DNA from: a virus
Lineage: Duplodnaviria > Caudoviricetes
Strand: one strand, 5' to 3'
IMG/VR virus record: IMGVR_UViG_3300025915_000014
Location: 18,522-82,521 of that record
Length of the DNA: 64,000 nucleotides
The notes beneath the pieces are model-generated. The model did no database searches. It saw nothing but the letters and a program-made list of their open reading frames with translations, and was not told where the DNA came from. Positions 17,914 through 26,022 of this stretch are shown in pieces. The position numbers and the translations under genes were made by a program. Position 1 is the first letter of the stretch; each line of letters starts with the position of its first letter.

Positions 17914-20900
17914 GCGTTCCCCCCGTCCCACCAGTCCGCGTGCGCAACATCGACAGTCTGACCCACGACGCCCGCCGTGCCGGGCTGTGACGCGCCCCCG
18001 GCTGCGCCCGGTGCCTGCGCGCCCATACCGGCCGCGGCGGGCACACGCGCGGGCAGGGCGCCCGCGGCGGGGGCGGTGACGGCGAGCGCCCCAACCCGTC
18101 CGAACTGGACGAACTCGTGCACGACCAGCGCGCCGCCGCAGCCGCCGCGGGCCACCCCGGTGCCGGTGACGCGCCGCGGGTTGACGTGCAGCCCGCCGCC
18201 GGGCGCACCGTCCGCCGCCGCGGTACCGGTACGGGGCCGCACCATCACCCGCGGCCCGGACGCGACCACGGAGGCGACCCCGCCGCCGGTCTTGGTGTGC
18301 ACGGTGTGCGCGACGAAGACCTTGAGCCCGCCCGGGGCGCCCGTCGCCGCCGCGGTCCCGGTGCGCGGCCGGGTCATGCTCTCGGTGCCGCCCGCGCCGC
18401 CGCGGGCCGCCGCGGTCCCGGCCCGGTTCAGGATCGAGCCCGAGCGCCGCCCGTCCGGCGCACCAACCGCGGCGGCCGTCCCGGTCTTGGCGATGACGCC
18501 CGCAGACAGCACCACCCGGGCACCGGAGGGGGCCCCGGCGGCGGCGGCCGTCCCGGTCTTGGTGTGCACCGTCGCCCTGGCGCCACCCGGGGCGGCCTCG
18601 GCTGCGGCGGTGCCCGTCTTGCCGTGCACAGTCGACTTGGCACCGCCGGGGGCGCCCGCGGCGGCGGCCGTGCCGGACTTGAGGGCCGCGCCCGCGGACT
18701 GGACGACCTTGGCGCCGGACCCGACCGCAGCTCCGGCCGCCGTCCCGGCCTTGACGATCACCGCGGCGCTGGTGACCTGCTTGGCGCCGCCGGGCGCGCC
18801 GACCGCGGCGGCCGTGCCCAGTGCAGTGCGCACCGCCGCGGACGTGACGACCTTCGCCCCGCCGGGCGCACCGACCGCAGCGGCGGTGCCCGCCTTGACA
18901 ACAGCCCCCGCGCCCTGCACGGCCTTGGCACCGCCCGCGGCGGCGGCTGCGGCCGCGGTGCCGGTACGTGGCCGCACCATCGACTCGGTCCCGCCCGGAG
19001 CGCCCACTCCGGCCGCGGTGCCCGTCTTGGCGTGCTCAACCGTGCGGGCGCCGCCCGCGGCAGCTCCTGCGGCGCCCGTCCCGGCCTTGGTGATGGTCCC
19101 GGCCGATGTGACCGTCTTGGCGCCGCCCGGGGCCCCGACCCCGGCCGCGGTCCCGGCCTTGGTGATCGTGGTCGCCGACGTGACCGTCTTCGCCCCGTTG
19201 GCTGCGAGCGCACCCGCGGCCGTGCCCGTCTTGGTGACCGTGAGCGCCGACGTGACGGTCTTCGTCCCGCCCGGCACGCCGACCGCGACACCTGCACCGG
19301 CCTTGAGGATCTGCCCGGCCGTCTGGACGACCTTGGCTCCGCCCGGTGCACCCACCCCGGCTGCGGTGCCCGCCTTGGTGACGACGATCGCCGAGGTGAC
19401 GACCTTCGCGCCGTTCGCCGCGCATGCTCCGGCCGCGGTCCCGGTCTTGCGGTGCTCCAGGGTGCGGGCCCCGTTGGCGGCGGCGGCCGTGGCGCCAGTA
19501 CCGGTCTTCTGGTGATCGGCGGTGTGCGTGCCGCCCGGCGCGCCCGCGGTTGCCGCCGTGCCCGTCTTGCGGTGCTCGGTTGTGCGGGCCCCGTTGGCCG
19601 CCGCCGCCGTGGCCGAGGTTCCCGTCTTCTGGTGGTCGACGGTGCGGGCCCCGTTGGCGGCGAGCGCCCCCGCCGCGGTGCCCGCCTTGACGATGGCCCC
19701 GGCCGACTGCACGGCCTTCGGCCCGCCCGGCGCACCGACCCCGGCCGCCGTGCCGGTCTTCGTGTAGACGGCCGCGGAGGTGACGGCCTTCGCGCCACCC
19801 GGGGCGCCCACCCCGGCACCGGCACCCGTCTTGGGATGCTCGACCGCCTTGGCGCCGTTGGCTGCGGCAGCCGACGCCCCCGTGCCGGTCTTCGGGTGCT
19901 CGACCGCCTTGGCACCGTTCGCGGCTGCCGCCGAGGCCCCGGTGCCCGCCTTGGCGTGATCCGTGGTGCGAGCACCATTGGCGGCTGCCGCCGACGCCCC
20001 GGTGCCCGTCTTGCGGTGCTCGATGGCCCTCGCGCCGCCGGGGGCGCCGACACCCGCGCCCGTCCCGGCCTTGGTGACGGACACGGCCTTGGCGCCGTTC
20101 GCCGCCGCCACACCCGCCGCCGTGCCCGTCTTGCGGTGCTCGGCCGCCTTGGCTCCGCCGGGGGCCCCGACCGCTGCGCCGGTGCCCGCCTTGGTGTACG
20201 TCGTCGCCGACGTGACCGTCTTCGGTCCGCCCGGCGCGCCCGTCGGGACCCCGGCGCCGGTCTTGCCGTGCTCCACGACCTTCGGGCCGCCCACCGCGCC
20301 GCCGCCGACGCCGGTACCGGTCTTCGTCGACACCACCGGCGCCACACCCGCGGTGGCGGTCACCAGGGCGGCGACCCCACCGAACTGGCTGGTCGAGCCG
20401 TTGGTCTGGGTGGGTGCTATCGCGCCCGCCCCGGAGGTGAGCCCGTAGCACCACTCGTCGGCGCTCGGGGTGAACACGAACCCCGCCGGGGTGCCGGTGG
20501 CCGTCGGGGTGCCCGCACTGACCGAGCCCCGCCCGAAGTACAGCTCGCCCGCGCCCGCCGCCGTCACGCTCGGCCACGGCAGCGTGGTCGTGGTCGAGCT
20601 CGTCTCGGAGGTGCCCGCCGCGCCGTCCTGCGCCCAGGTGGCGGCCGTGCCGAGGGTGAACTCCTGCGGGAAGTAGCTCAGCACCTTGGCCGACATGTCC
20701 GCCGACCAGGTCGCGGTGACCGTCCCCCCGGTCACGGTGCTGGTCACGGTGCCCAGCCACACCTCATAGCAGCGGCCCCGCGCCGCCGACCCGAACCGGC
20801 CCAGGTTGGTCCAGGTGCAGCCGCCGCCGGACAGCCCGGTGACCGTGGCGGTGGCCGAGTTCGCGCGGATCCCGACCAGCACCGCGTTCCCAATGGCCGT

Positions 20901-22442
20901 AGTCGTGATCGGGAAGGTGAGCGCGGCGGTGGTGTCCGCGACCCCGGCCATGGACCCGACGGGGGTGATCCCTGCGCCGGTGACGACCTTGGCGCCGCCC
21001 ATGCCGCTGCCGCCGCCGCAGCCGCCGGTCTTGATGTAGGTCGCCGTCGCGGTGGGTGGCGGGAGCACCACCTCCGCGGCGATCCACCCGTTGACGGTGA
21101 TCCCGGCCGGGGTGGGGGTGACGGTGCGGGTGCCGGTCGCCCCGGCCGCCGGGATCGTCTCGACGTACACCGCGGACATCGAGTACAGCGCCCCGGCCTG
21201 CACCTGCGTGAGCAGCGTGGCGGTCGGGTAGGCCTCGGCGGTGCCGTTGCAGTCGGTGCCGAACGTACTCAGCAGTAACCCGTTCGCGACGCCGGTGGTC
21301 GTCGGCGCGGTCTGCGCCATCGCCGCGATGCGGGCCTGCACCGTCCACGCCGAGAACACCGCCGGGGTCCCGACGTTGTAGGTGCCCGCCTGCAACGCGA
21401 CCGCGATGCCCGTCCCGTCGGAGGCGGTGGTCGAGTTGAAGGTGAACTGGGAGGCGGCGACCTCGGTGGCGGTCGCGACAATCCCCCACGCCTTGACGCC
21501 CGGCGAGTTGTTCGCCGAGTTCGCGGCCTGCGCGGACAGCTGTCCGAACCCGGACGGCGCGGTCATGCTCGCCGGGACGTCGTCGGCGTCACCGTACTGG
21601 AGCACCAGCAGGTAGTCCCCGACCGCCAGCCCGGCCGGTTTCGGGACGGTGAACGACGGCTGCCCGGCCGCGGACTTGCTGCCGACCGCGTAGGAGCGGA
21701 TGACGGGCATGACGCGGTCGTCGAACGTCCCCGGCCACGGCTTGGGCTGACTGGTCGGTCCGAGGAACAGGCCCGGCGGGAAGAACGACTGCGGCGCCGG
21801 GTTCGGGGCCGCGGCGGGCAGCACCTCGACGGCGACCAAGCCCCAGTCGTCGTTGGTGAAGGTGTAGGACATCGTGACGGTGCCGCCGGTGGACGGCGAC
21901 GTGGACCCGCAGCCGTTCCCGGCACCCGAGTTGGAGTCCCCGGACTTCTGCCAGCGCAGGGTCTGCCCGGATCCGGTGGCGGTGTAGGTGGTGACCGCGC
22001 CCGACGCCATGGCGTCGATCACCAGGCCGCCGCTGGTCGTCCCGGTCACCGCCAGCGACGACGACGCCTGCACGGCACCGAAGTTCTTGAATACGGTCCC
22101 CAGCGCCCCGCCGCCGGTGACCGACACCGAGCCAGCGTTCATGGTCTTGCCGCTGGACGCCGGAGTGAGCACCACCGTGGACGCGCCCGCCGGTGGGTTG
22201 TTCAGCACGAACAGCGCCGCGAAACCACTCGTGCTGTTGGCCGAGTTCTGACGGCCCAGCAGCGTCATCGCCACGCCGCCATAGGTGGCCGTCGGGTCCG
22301 CCACGGGTGTTCCGCCGACCGCGCACGCCACGAGCACGTGGCTACAGCCCGCGCCCGCGGTGTGCGTCCAGCTCAGCGAGTTGCCGGAGAGGACGCCCGC
22401 ACCTGCCGAGCTAGGGCCGACAGCATCGAAGAGGACGGCCAT
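17910..22442 (-). CDS. Giant Gly/Ala/Thr repeat protein, putative virion fibre
   Basis: 1510 aa; about 3 beta-rich N-terminal domains then about 34 repeats of 20 or 24 aa. Confidence 0.75.
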   Translation of the reverse strand: MAVLFDAVGPSSAGAGVLSGNSLSWTHTAGAGCSHVLVACAVGGTPVADPTATYGGVAMTLLGRQNSANSTSGFAALFVLNNPPAGASTVVLTPASSGKTMNAGSVSVTGGGALGTVFKNFGAVQASSSLAVTGTTSGGLVIDAMASGAVTTYTATGSGQTLRWQKSGDSNSGAGNGCGSTSPSTGGTVTMSYTFTNDDWGLVAVEVLPAAAPNPAPQSFFPPGLFLGPTSQPKPWPGTFDDRVMPVIRSYAVGSKSAAGQPSFTVPKPAGLAVGDYLLVLQYGDADDVPASMTAPSGFGQLSAQAANSANNSPGVKAWGIVATATEVAASQFTFNSTTASDGTGIAVALQAGTYNVGTPAVFSAWTVQARIAAMAQTAPTTTGVANGLLLSTFGTDCNGTAEAYPTATLLTQVQAGALYSMSAVYVETIPAAGATGTRTVTPTPAGITVNGWIAAEVVLPPPTATATYIKTGGCGGGSGMGGAKVVTGAGITPVGSMAGVADTTAALTFPITTTAIGNAVLVGIRANSATATVTGLSGGGCTWTNLGRFGSAARGRCYEVWLGTVTSTVTGGTVTATWSADMSAKVLSYFPQEFTLGTAATWAQDGAAGTSETSSTTTTLPWPSVTAAGAGELYFGRGSVSAGTPTATGTPAGFVFTPSADEWCYGLTSGAGAIAPTQTNGSTSQFGGVAALVTATAGVAPVVSTKTGTGVGGGAVGGPKVVEHGKTGAGVPTGAPGGPKTVTSATTYTKAGTGAAVGAPGGAKAAEHRKTGTAAGVAAANGAKAVSVTKAGTGAGVGAPGGARAIEHRKTGTGASAAAANGARTTDHAKAGTGASAAAANGAKAVEHPKTGTGASAAAANGAKAVEHPKTGAGAGVGAPGGAKAVTSAAVYTKTGTAAGVGAPGGPKAVQSAGAIVKAGTAAGALAANGARTVDHQKTGTSATAAAANGARTTEHRKTGTAATAGAPGGTHTADHQKTGTGATAAAANGARTLEHRKTGTAAGACAANGAKVVTSAIVVTKAGTAAGVGAPGGAKVVQTAGQILKAGAGVAVGVPGGTKTVTSALTVTKTGTAAGALAANGAKTVTSATTITKAGTAAGVGAPGGAKTVTSAGTITKAGTGAAGAAAGGARTVEHAKTGTAAGVGAPGGTESMVRPRTGTAAAAAAAGGAKAVQGAGAVVKAGTAAAVGAPGGAKVVTSAAVRTALGTAAAVGAPGGAKQVTSAAVIVKAGTAAGAAVGSGAKVVQSAGAALKSGTAAAAGAPGGAKSTVHGKTGTAAAEAAPGGARATVHTKTGTAAAAGAPSGARVVLSAGVIAKTGTAAAVGAPDGRRSGSILNRAGTAAARGGAGGTESMTRPRTGTAAATGAPGGLKVFVAHTVHTKTGGGVASVVASGPRVMVRPRTGTAAADGAPGGGLHVNPRRVTGTGVARGGCGGALVVHEFVQFGRVGALAVTAPAAGALPARVPAAAGMGAQAPGAAGGASQPGTAGVVGQTVDVAHADWWDGGNA
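18120..20330 (-). repeat. Coding tandem repeat array (60/72-nt units)
   Basis: Consensus xK(T/A)GTAAxxGAPGGA(K/R)xxx(H or TSAxxx). Confidence 0.85.
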
Positions 22443-22462
22443 CGCTCAGCCCCCGCCCGGAT

Positions 22463-22999
22463 CTAGTTGACCAGGCGGACGTCCAGGTAGTGGCACAGCC
22501 AACTACCGGTGGTGACGCTGGGCGTGACGCCGATCCGGACCGTGTTGTTGATCGTCGAGTCGAAGGTGAGCACCGTCGGCGCGGTCGCCGGAGCCAGGTC
22601 CGTCAACCCGGTGGTGATGTTGGATATCTCGAAACAGCCCAGGATCGACGCGGCGGTACCGGCGCCCTGCGCGCGCATCGACGCGTTGCCCTCCAGCCGC
22701 CAGGTGCGGTTGGTCTGCGACGCCTGCACGGCTATCGCGGCGGTGACCGCGATGGCCTGCCCGGCGGCGATGGCACCGGTGCCCAGGTACACCCCCATCA
22801 CGAGGGTGCCGGGGGTGGCGGTGGAGGTGAAGCGGCCGAACGCGACGACCTCCATCCGGGTGGCGATCAGCAGCTGGTTGCTGCTCAGCACGATCGGCGG
22901 CGGTGGGGAGATGTCCCCGAGTGCGGCGGTGCCGGTGTACGCGGTGCCGTCCGCGATGCCGAACGGCGCAACCGCCGACACCCACGACTGGTTGCCCAT
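22463..22999 (-). CDS. Hypothetical beta-rich structural protein
   Basis: 178 aa Thr/Ala-rich, directly upstream of giant repeat gene. Confidence 0.7.
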   Translation of the reverse strand: MGNQSWVSAVAPFGIADGTAYTGTAALGDISPPPPIVLSSNQLLIATRMEVVAFGRFTSTATPGTLVMGVYLGTGAIAAGQAIAVTAAIAVQASQTNRTWRLEGNASMRAQGAGTAASILGCFEISNITTGLTDLAPATAPTVLTFDSTINNTVRIGVTPSVTTGSWLCHYLDVRLVN

Positions 23000-23188
23000 C
23001 TATGCCACCGTGAAGGCGTCGATCAACCAGACGATGGTGACCAGGGCCAGGCCGAGCGCCACGAAGTGCACCCGGGTGTTCCAGCCGCCCGCACCGTCCG
23101 GGCGGGCGGTGCCCGCGTAGGCGCCCAGCAGGAAGCACACCAGCGCCGCGATCAGCAGCACGATCTTGATGATCTGGCCGGTGCCCAT
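23000..23188 (-). CDS. Small two-TM membrane protein (holin-like candidate)
   Basis: IIKIVLLIAALVCFLLGAYA and VHFVALGLALVTIVWLI. Confidence 0.55.
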   Translation of the reverse strand: MGTGQIIKIVLLIAALVCFLLGAYAGTARPDGAGGWNTRVHFVALGLALVTIVWLIDAFTVA

Positions 23189-23198
23189 GGCACCCCCC

Positions 23199-23510
23199 TC
23201 AGTCGGTGATCCCGGGTACGTGCAGGCGCCCGCGCGTGTGGGGGATCTCGTCGCGGACCTGGTCCGGGTTCGCCCCCGGGTAGGCGTCCTCCGGGGTGTC
23301 CCACTCCGCCCAGCCCGCCGACCGGCGGATCAGGTTCGCCCGCCGCCAGCAGTTCCGGCAGCACGGCAGCCCCTCCCAGACGGGCACCGAGTGCGCGTTC
23401 CCGACGAACCGGTGCCCGCAGCCGCCGCAGCGCAGCGTCGCCCACAGCGGCGCCCGGCGCCCCGGATGGATACCCGGGGCGCGCAGGGTGTGCCCGCCGA
23501 GCTGGGTCAA
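23199..23510 (-). CDS. Cys-rich (CxxC..CxxC) hypothetical protein
   Basis: RCGGCGH...PCCRNCW; stop/start overlap with neighbour. Confidence 0.6.
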   Translation of the reverse strand: MTQLGGHTLRAPGIHPGRRAPLWATLRCGGCGHRFVGNAHSVPVWEGLPCCRNCWRRANLIRRSAGWAEWDTPEDAYPGANPDQVRDEIPHTRGRLHVPGITD

Positions 23511-23965
23511 GGCAGCAGCCCGAACGTCGGCGTCACCTTGATCACGTCACCGATCGCCATCGTCGCGACCGCGGTGACGTCGTCGAAGTTGGCGTAGAAG
23601 ATCCCCTTCTCGGAGCCGTGCCCGGAGATGTCACACAGCCCGAAGAAGTTGATCGCCGTCGCGTAGGACGCGCCCGCCGCCGCGAACGACACCTGCGCCG
23701 CCCCGGTCTGGCGGCCACCCGCGGCGTTCCCGGACCCGGCGGCCTGCGCCGCCCACGACGCCGCCGCGATCGACACCCGCGCGTAGGAGGTGTAACCGGC
23801 CTCGGCGACACCCGTGTAGGTGCCCAACACCGCGGTCTGCGCCGGGACCGTGGACGCGGTCGCCCCGGTGCACAGCAGCAGATAGGTGGTGGTGACGTTC
23901 GTCCCGCCGCGCGGGAAGATCCCCAGGATGAGGTCCAGGCCCTCGTTCGGAATGACCTCAGCCAT
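23507..23965 (-). CDS. Small fibre-associated structural protein, paralog-like of 6848-7321
   Basis: MAEVIPNEGLDLIL...EAGYTSYARVSI...GDVIKVTP. Confidence 0.65.
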   Translation of the reverse strand: MAEVIPNEGLDLILGIFPRGGTNVTTTYLLLCTGATASTVPAQTAVLGTYTGVAEAGYTSYARVSIAAASWAAQAAGSGNAAGGRQTGAAQVSFAAAGASYATAINFFGLCDISGHGSEKGIFYANFDDVTAVATMAIGDVIKVTPTFGLLP

Positions 23966-24185
23966 CGACCCGCTCCCAGTCCCTCGACAGTTCGACTTCG
24001 GTGAGCCCGGCCGCGACCCCCATGCCCGAGCCGTCGTCCCACTCCAGGACCAACGTCCCGTAGTGCGCGGCGTCCTGATCGTTCGGATCGACCTGCCGCA
24101 CGAACGCCACCGCATCGGGCGGGAAGATCGCGTACTGGGTCACGCCGCTGGTGTTGCGGTAGCGGTCGCCCTCTTTCACGCTCAT
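23958..24185 (-). CDS. Hypothetical protein
   Basis: MSVKEGDRYRNTSG..., ATGA overlap with Rpf gene stop. Confidence 0.55.
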   Translation of the reverse strand: MSVKEGDRYRNTSGVTQYAIFPPDAVAFVRQVDPNDQDAAHYGTLVLEWDDGSGMGVAAGLTEVELSRDWERVDG

Positions 24186-24850
24186 CGGATCGTCAGCCTC
24201 TCCCCGGGGAAGATCAGGTTGGGACAGCCGGAGCGGTAGCCGTGAAGCTGCGCTACCCGGATGTGGTGTGCCCGCGCGATGGAGGACAGCGTGTCCCCGG
24301 CCTTCACGCGGATCGAGGCGTGCGACAGCGCGACGGGTGCGCGCCGTGGCGCCGTGCGGGCGGCCACCACGGCGCGCGGCTTCGGCTTGACGGCGACGAC
24401 CGGGGCGGGCTTGGACGCGGCGACCCCGCGAACCTGTACCGGGCCCCCCGCCCGTGCCGACCAGCAGGGCTGCGTGGCGAGCCAGGGTTGGGTGCCGCGC
24501 GCATCCAGCAGCAGCCCGGCCCGCTGGATCTGCTCCGCGGCGGTCGCGTTCAGCGGGTTCCCCGACCCGCCCACCGACCGCCACGTCGGCAGATCGAATT
24601 GGAACAACCCGAAGTGCGTGCCGTTGGACGCCTGCGGGTTGCCGCCCGACTCGCAGTGCGCGATGGCTCCCAGCACCGCGCGGTCCGCGACGGCCGCGGA
24701 CGCCACATCGGTGAACGCCAGGCTGCCCGGCACCGCGAGCAGCGCCCCCCCGGCCAGCGCCACGCGCATGCGGGGACGGCCCGGCGGTGGCGGCGCCCGA
24801 TGCCGCCCGACGACGGCGCGGTGCCGCCCCTCGTAGGTCCGGTCGGTCAT
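24182..24850 (-). CDS. rpf: Resuscitation-promoting factor (Rpf) transglycosylase with signal peptide and LysM
   Basis: IAHCESGGNP...GLFQFDLPTWRSVGG...AAEQIQRAGLL...GTQPW...C; LysM VKAGDTLSSIA...PNLIFPGERL. Confidence 0.9.
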   Translation of the reverse strand: MTDRTYEGRHRAVVGRHRAPPPPGRPRMRVALAGGALLAVPGSLAFTDVASAAVADRAVLGAIAHCESGGNPQASNGTHFGLFQFDLPTWRSVGGSGNPLNATAAEQIQRAGLLLDARGTQPWLATQPCWSARAGGPVQVRGVAASKPAPVVAVKPKPRAVVAARTAPRRAPVALSHASIRVKAGDTLSSIARAHHIRVAQLHGYRSGCPNLIFPGERLTIR

Positions 24851-25257
24851 GTCACCTGTCCCGATCCGGGGCCCGAGCGGAGCAGGAACACCGCGCCGAT
24901 GGTGCCGCCGGTGGTGGCGCCGGTGGTGTTGATGACCGCCCGCAGCCACCGCCGGGGCAGCGTGTCGAGCGCCAGCCGGTAGGTGGCGTTGCCCTGCGGG
25001 GTGCCCAGCGCCGGGATGGATCCCTGGGTCTGCCCCGCGTAGGGCTGCCAGTTGGTCGAGCCGTCGTCGGAGTCCTGCACGGTGATCGCATTGGATCCGT
25101 CGGTGACCGCCCCGGCGGACACGACGAGCATCCCCACCCGGAACGGGCCACCCCCGGCGACGGTGTCCACCGGGGTGCCGTTGACCACGCCGTTCGCCCG
25201 TACCGCGGGCGGCAGCGTCAGCCGGGCCCCGGTGTCGTCGTACATCGAGTCGCGCAC
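24847..25257 (-). CDS. Putative capsid decoration/cement protein
   Basis: Beta-rich ITVQDSDDGSTNW..RWLRAVI pattern, shortly after capsid gene. Confidence 0.55.
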   Translation of the reverse strand: MRDSMYDDTGARLTLPPAVRANGVVNGTPVDTVAGGGPFRVGMLVVSAGAVTDGSNAITVQDSDDGSTNWQPYAGQTQGSIPALGTPQGNATYRLALDTLPRRWLRAVINTTGATTGGTIGAVFLLRSGPGSGQVT

Positions 25258-25258
25258 G

Positions 25259-25609
25259 TCAGACCTCGCTCGCGCTGGTGGCGGCCGGGGCCGCCGCCGG
25301 TGTGGGTGGAGGAGCGGCCCCGGCCCCCGACTTGCTGCGCGGCGGTGTCGCCCGCGCCATGCTGCGCCGCTCACCAGGCGCGGCCGTGGCCGTCTCGCTG
25401 GCCCCCGCGTAGGAGGCCAGCGGACGGCGGATGACGGACGAGTCACGCACCAGCAACGGCCGGAACATGTCCGGGAAGCGGACCACGATCTCATCGGTGG
25501 CCGGGAAGACGTCCCCCGGCCCGACCGCGTAGGGCACCAGCCCGTCACGGTCCAACGAGCAGGAGAAAGCCTGCTTGGCCTGCATCATCACCGGCGCCTC
25601 GCCCGCCAT
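25259..25609 (-). CDS. Hypothetical protein, head cluster
   Basis: 116 aa ORF in operon. Confidence 0.55.
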   Translation of the reverse strand: MAGEAPVMMQAKQAFSCSLDRDGLVPYAVGPGDVFPATDEIVVRFPDMFRPLLVRDSSVIRRPLASYAGASETATAAPGERRSMARATPPRSKSGAGAAPPPTPAAAPAATSASEV

Positions 25610-25624
25610 CCGCCTAGATCACCA

Positions 25625-26014
25625 TCACTCGTCTTCGTCGCCGCGACCGAGCTGCCCGGTCGAGCGCATGCCAACCGGTTCCCCCGGTCCGCGCGCGGTC
25701 GCCTCCTCGAACTCTGCGGAGTTGTCCTCGGCGTGCTCGGCGAAGTGCCCGACCTCCGGGCCCGCGAACTGCTGCGGCTTGAGCGGTCCCGGCGCCTGCG
25801 GGCGCTGGTCCCCGGTGCGGTTGTCCAGCCGCGGGTCCACCCCGAGCGCCTCCAGCTCGGCCGCCGCCTCGGGCGTGGTGCCCGCCGCGCGCCGCTTGGC
25901 GTCCAGTGCGGCACCCGATAGCGCGCCGCCGGACTTGCCGCTCGACTTCGAGGTCGCCGGGGTGCTCGCCGGAGGCTTGGTCGTGCCCGTGCTGCTGGTG
26001 CTGCTTTCGCTCAT
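25625..26014 (-). CDS. Hypothetical low-complexity protein after major capsid gene
   Basis: 129 aa, RBS AGGAGG. Confidence 0.6.
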   Translation of the reverse strand: MSESSTSSTGTTKPPASTPATSKSSGKSGGALSGAALDAKRRAAGTTPEAAAELEALGVDPRLDNRTGDQRPQAPGPLKPQQFAGPEVGHFAEHAEDNSAEFEEATARGPGEPVGMRSTGQLGRGDEDE

Positions 26015-26022
26015 CAGTCCTC

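Noticed and set aside
18120-20330. Regularly spaced repeats resembling a CRISPR array
   Set aside because: Degenerate, in-frame 60/72-nt coding units with no unique spacers and no cas genes
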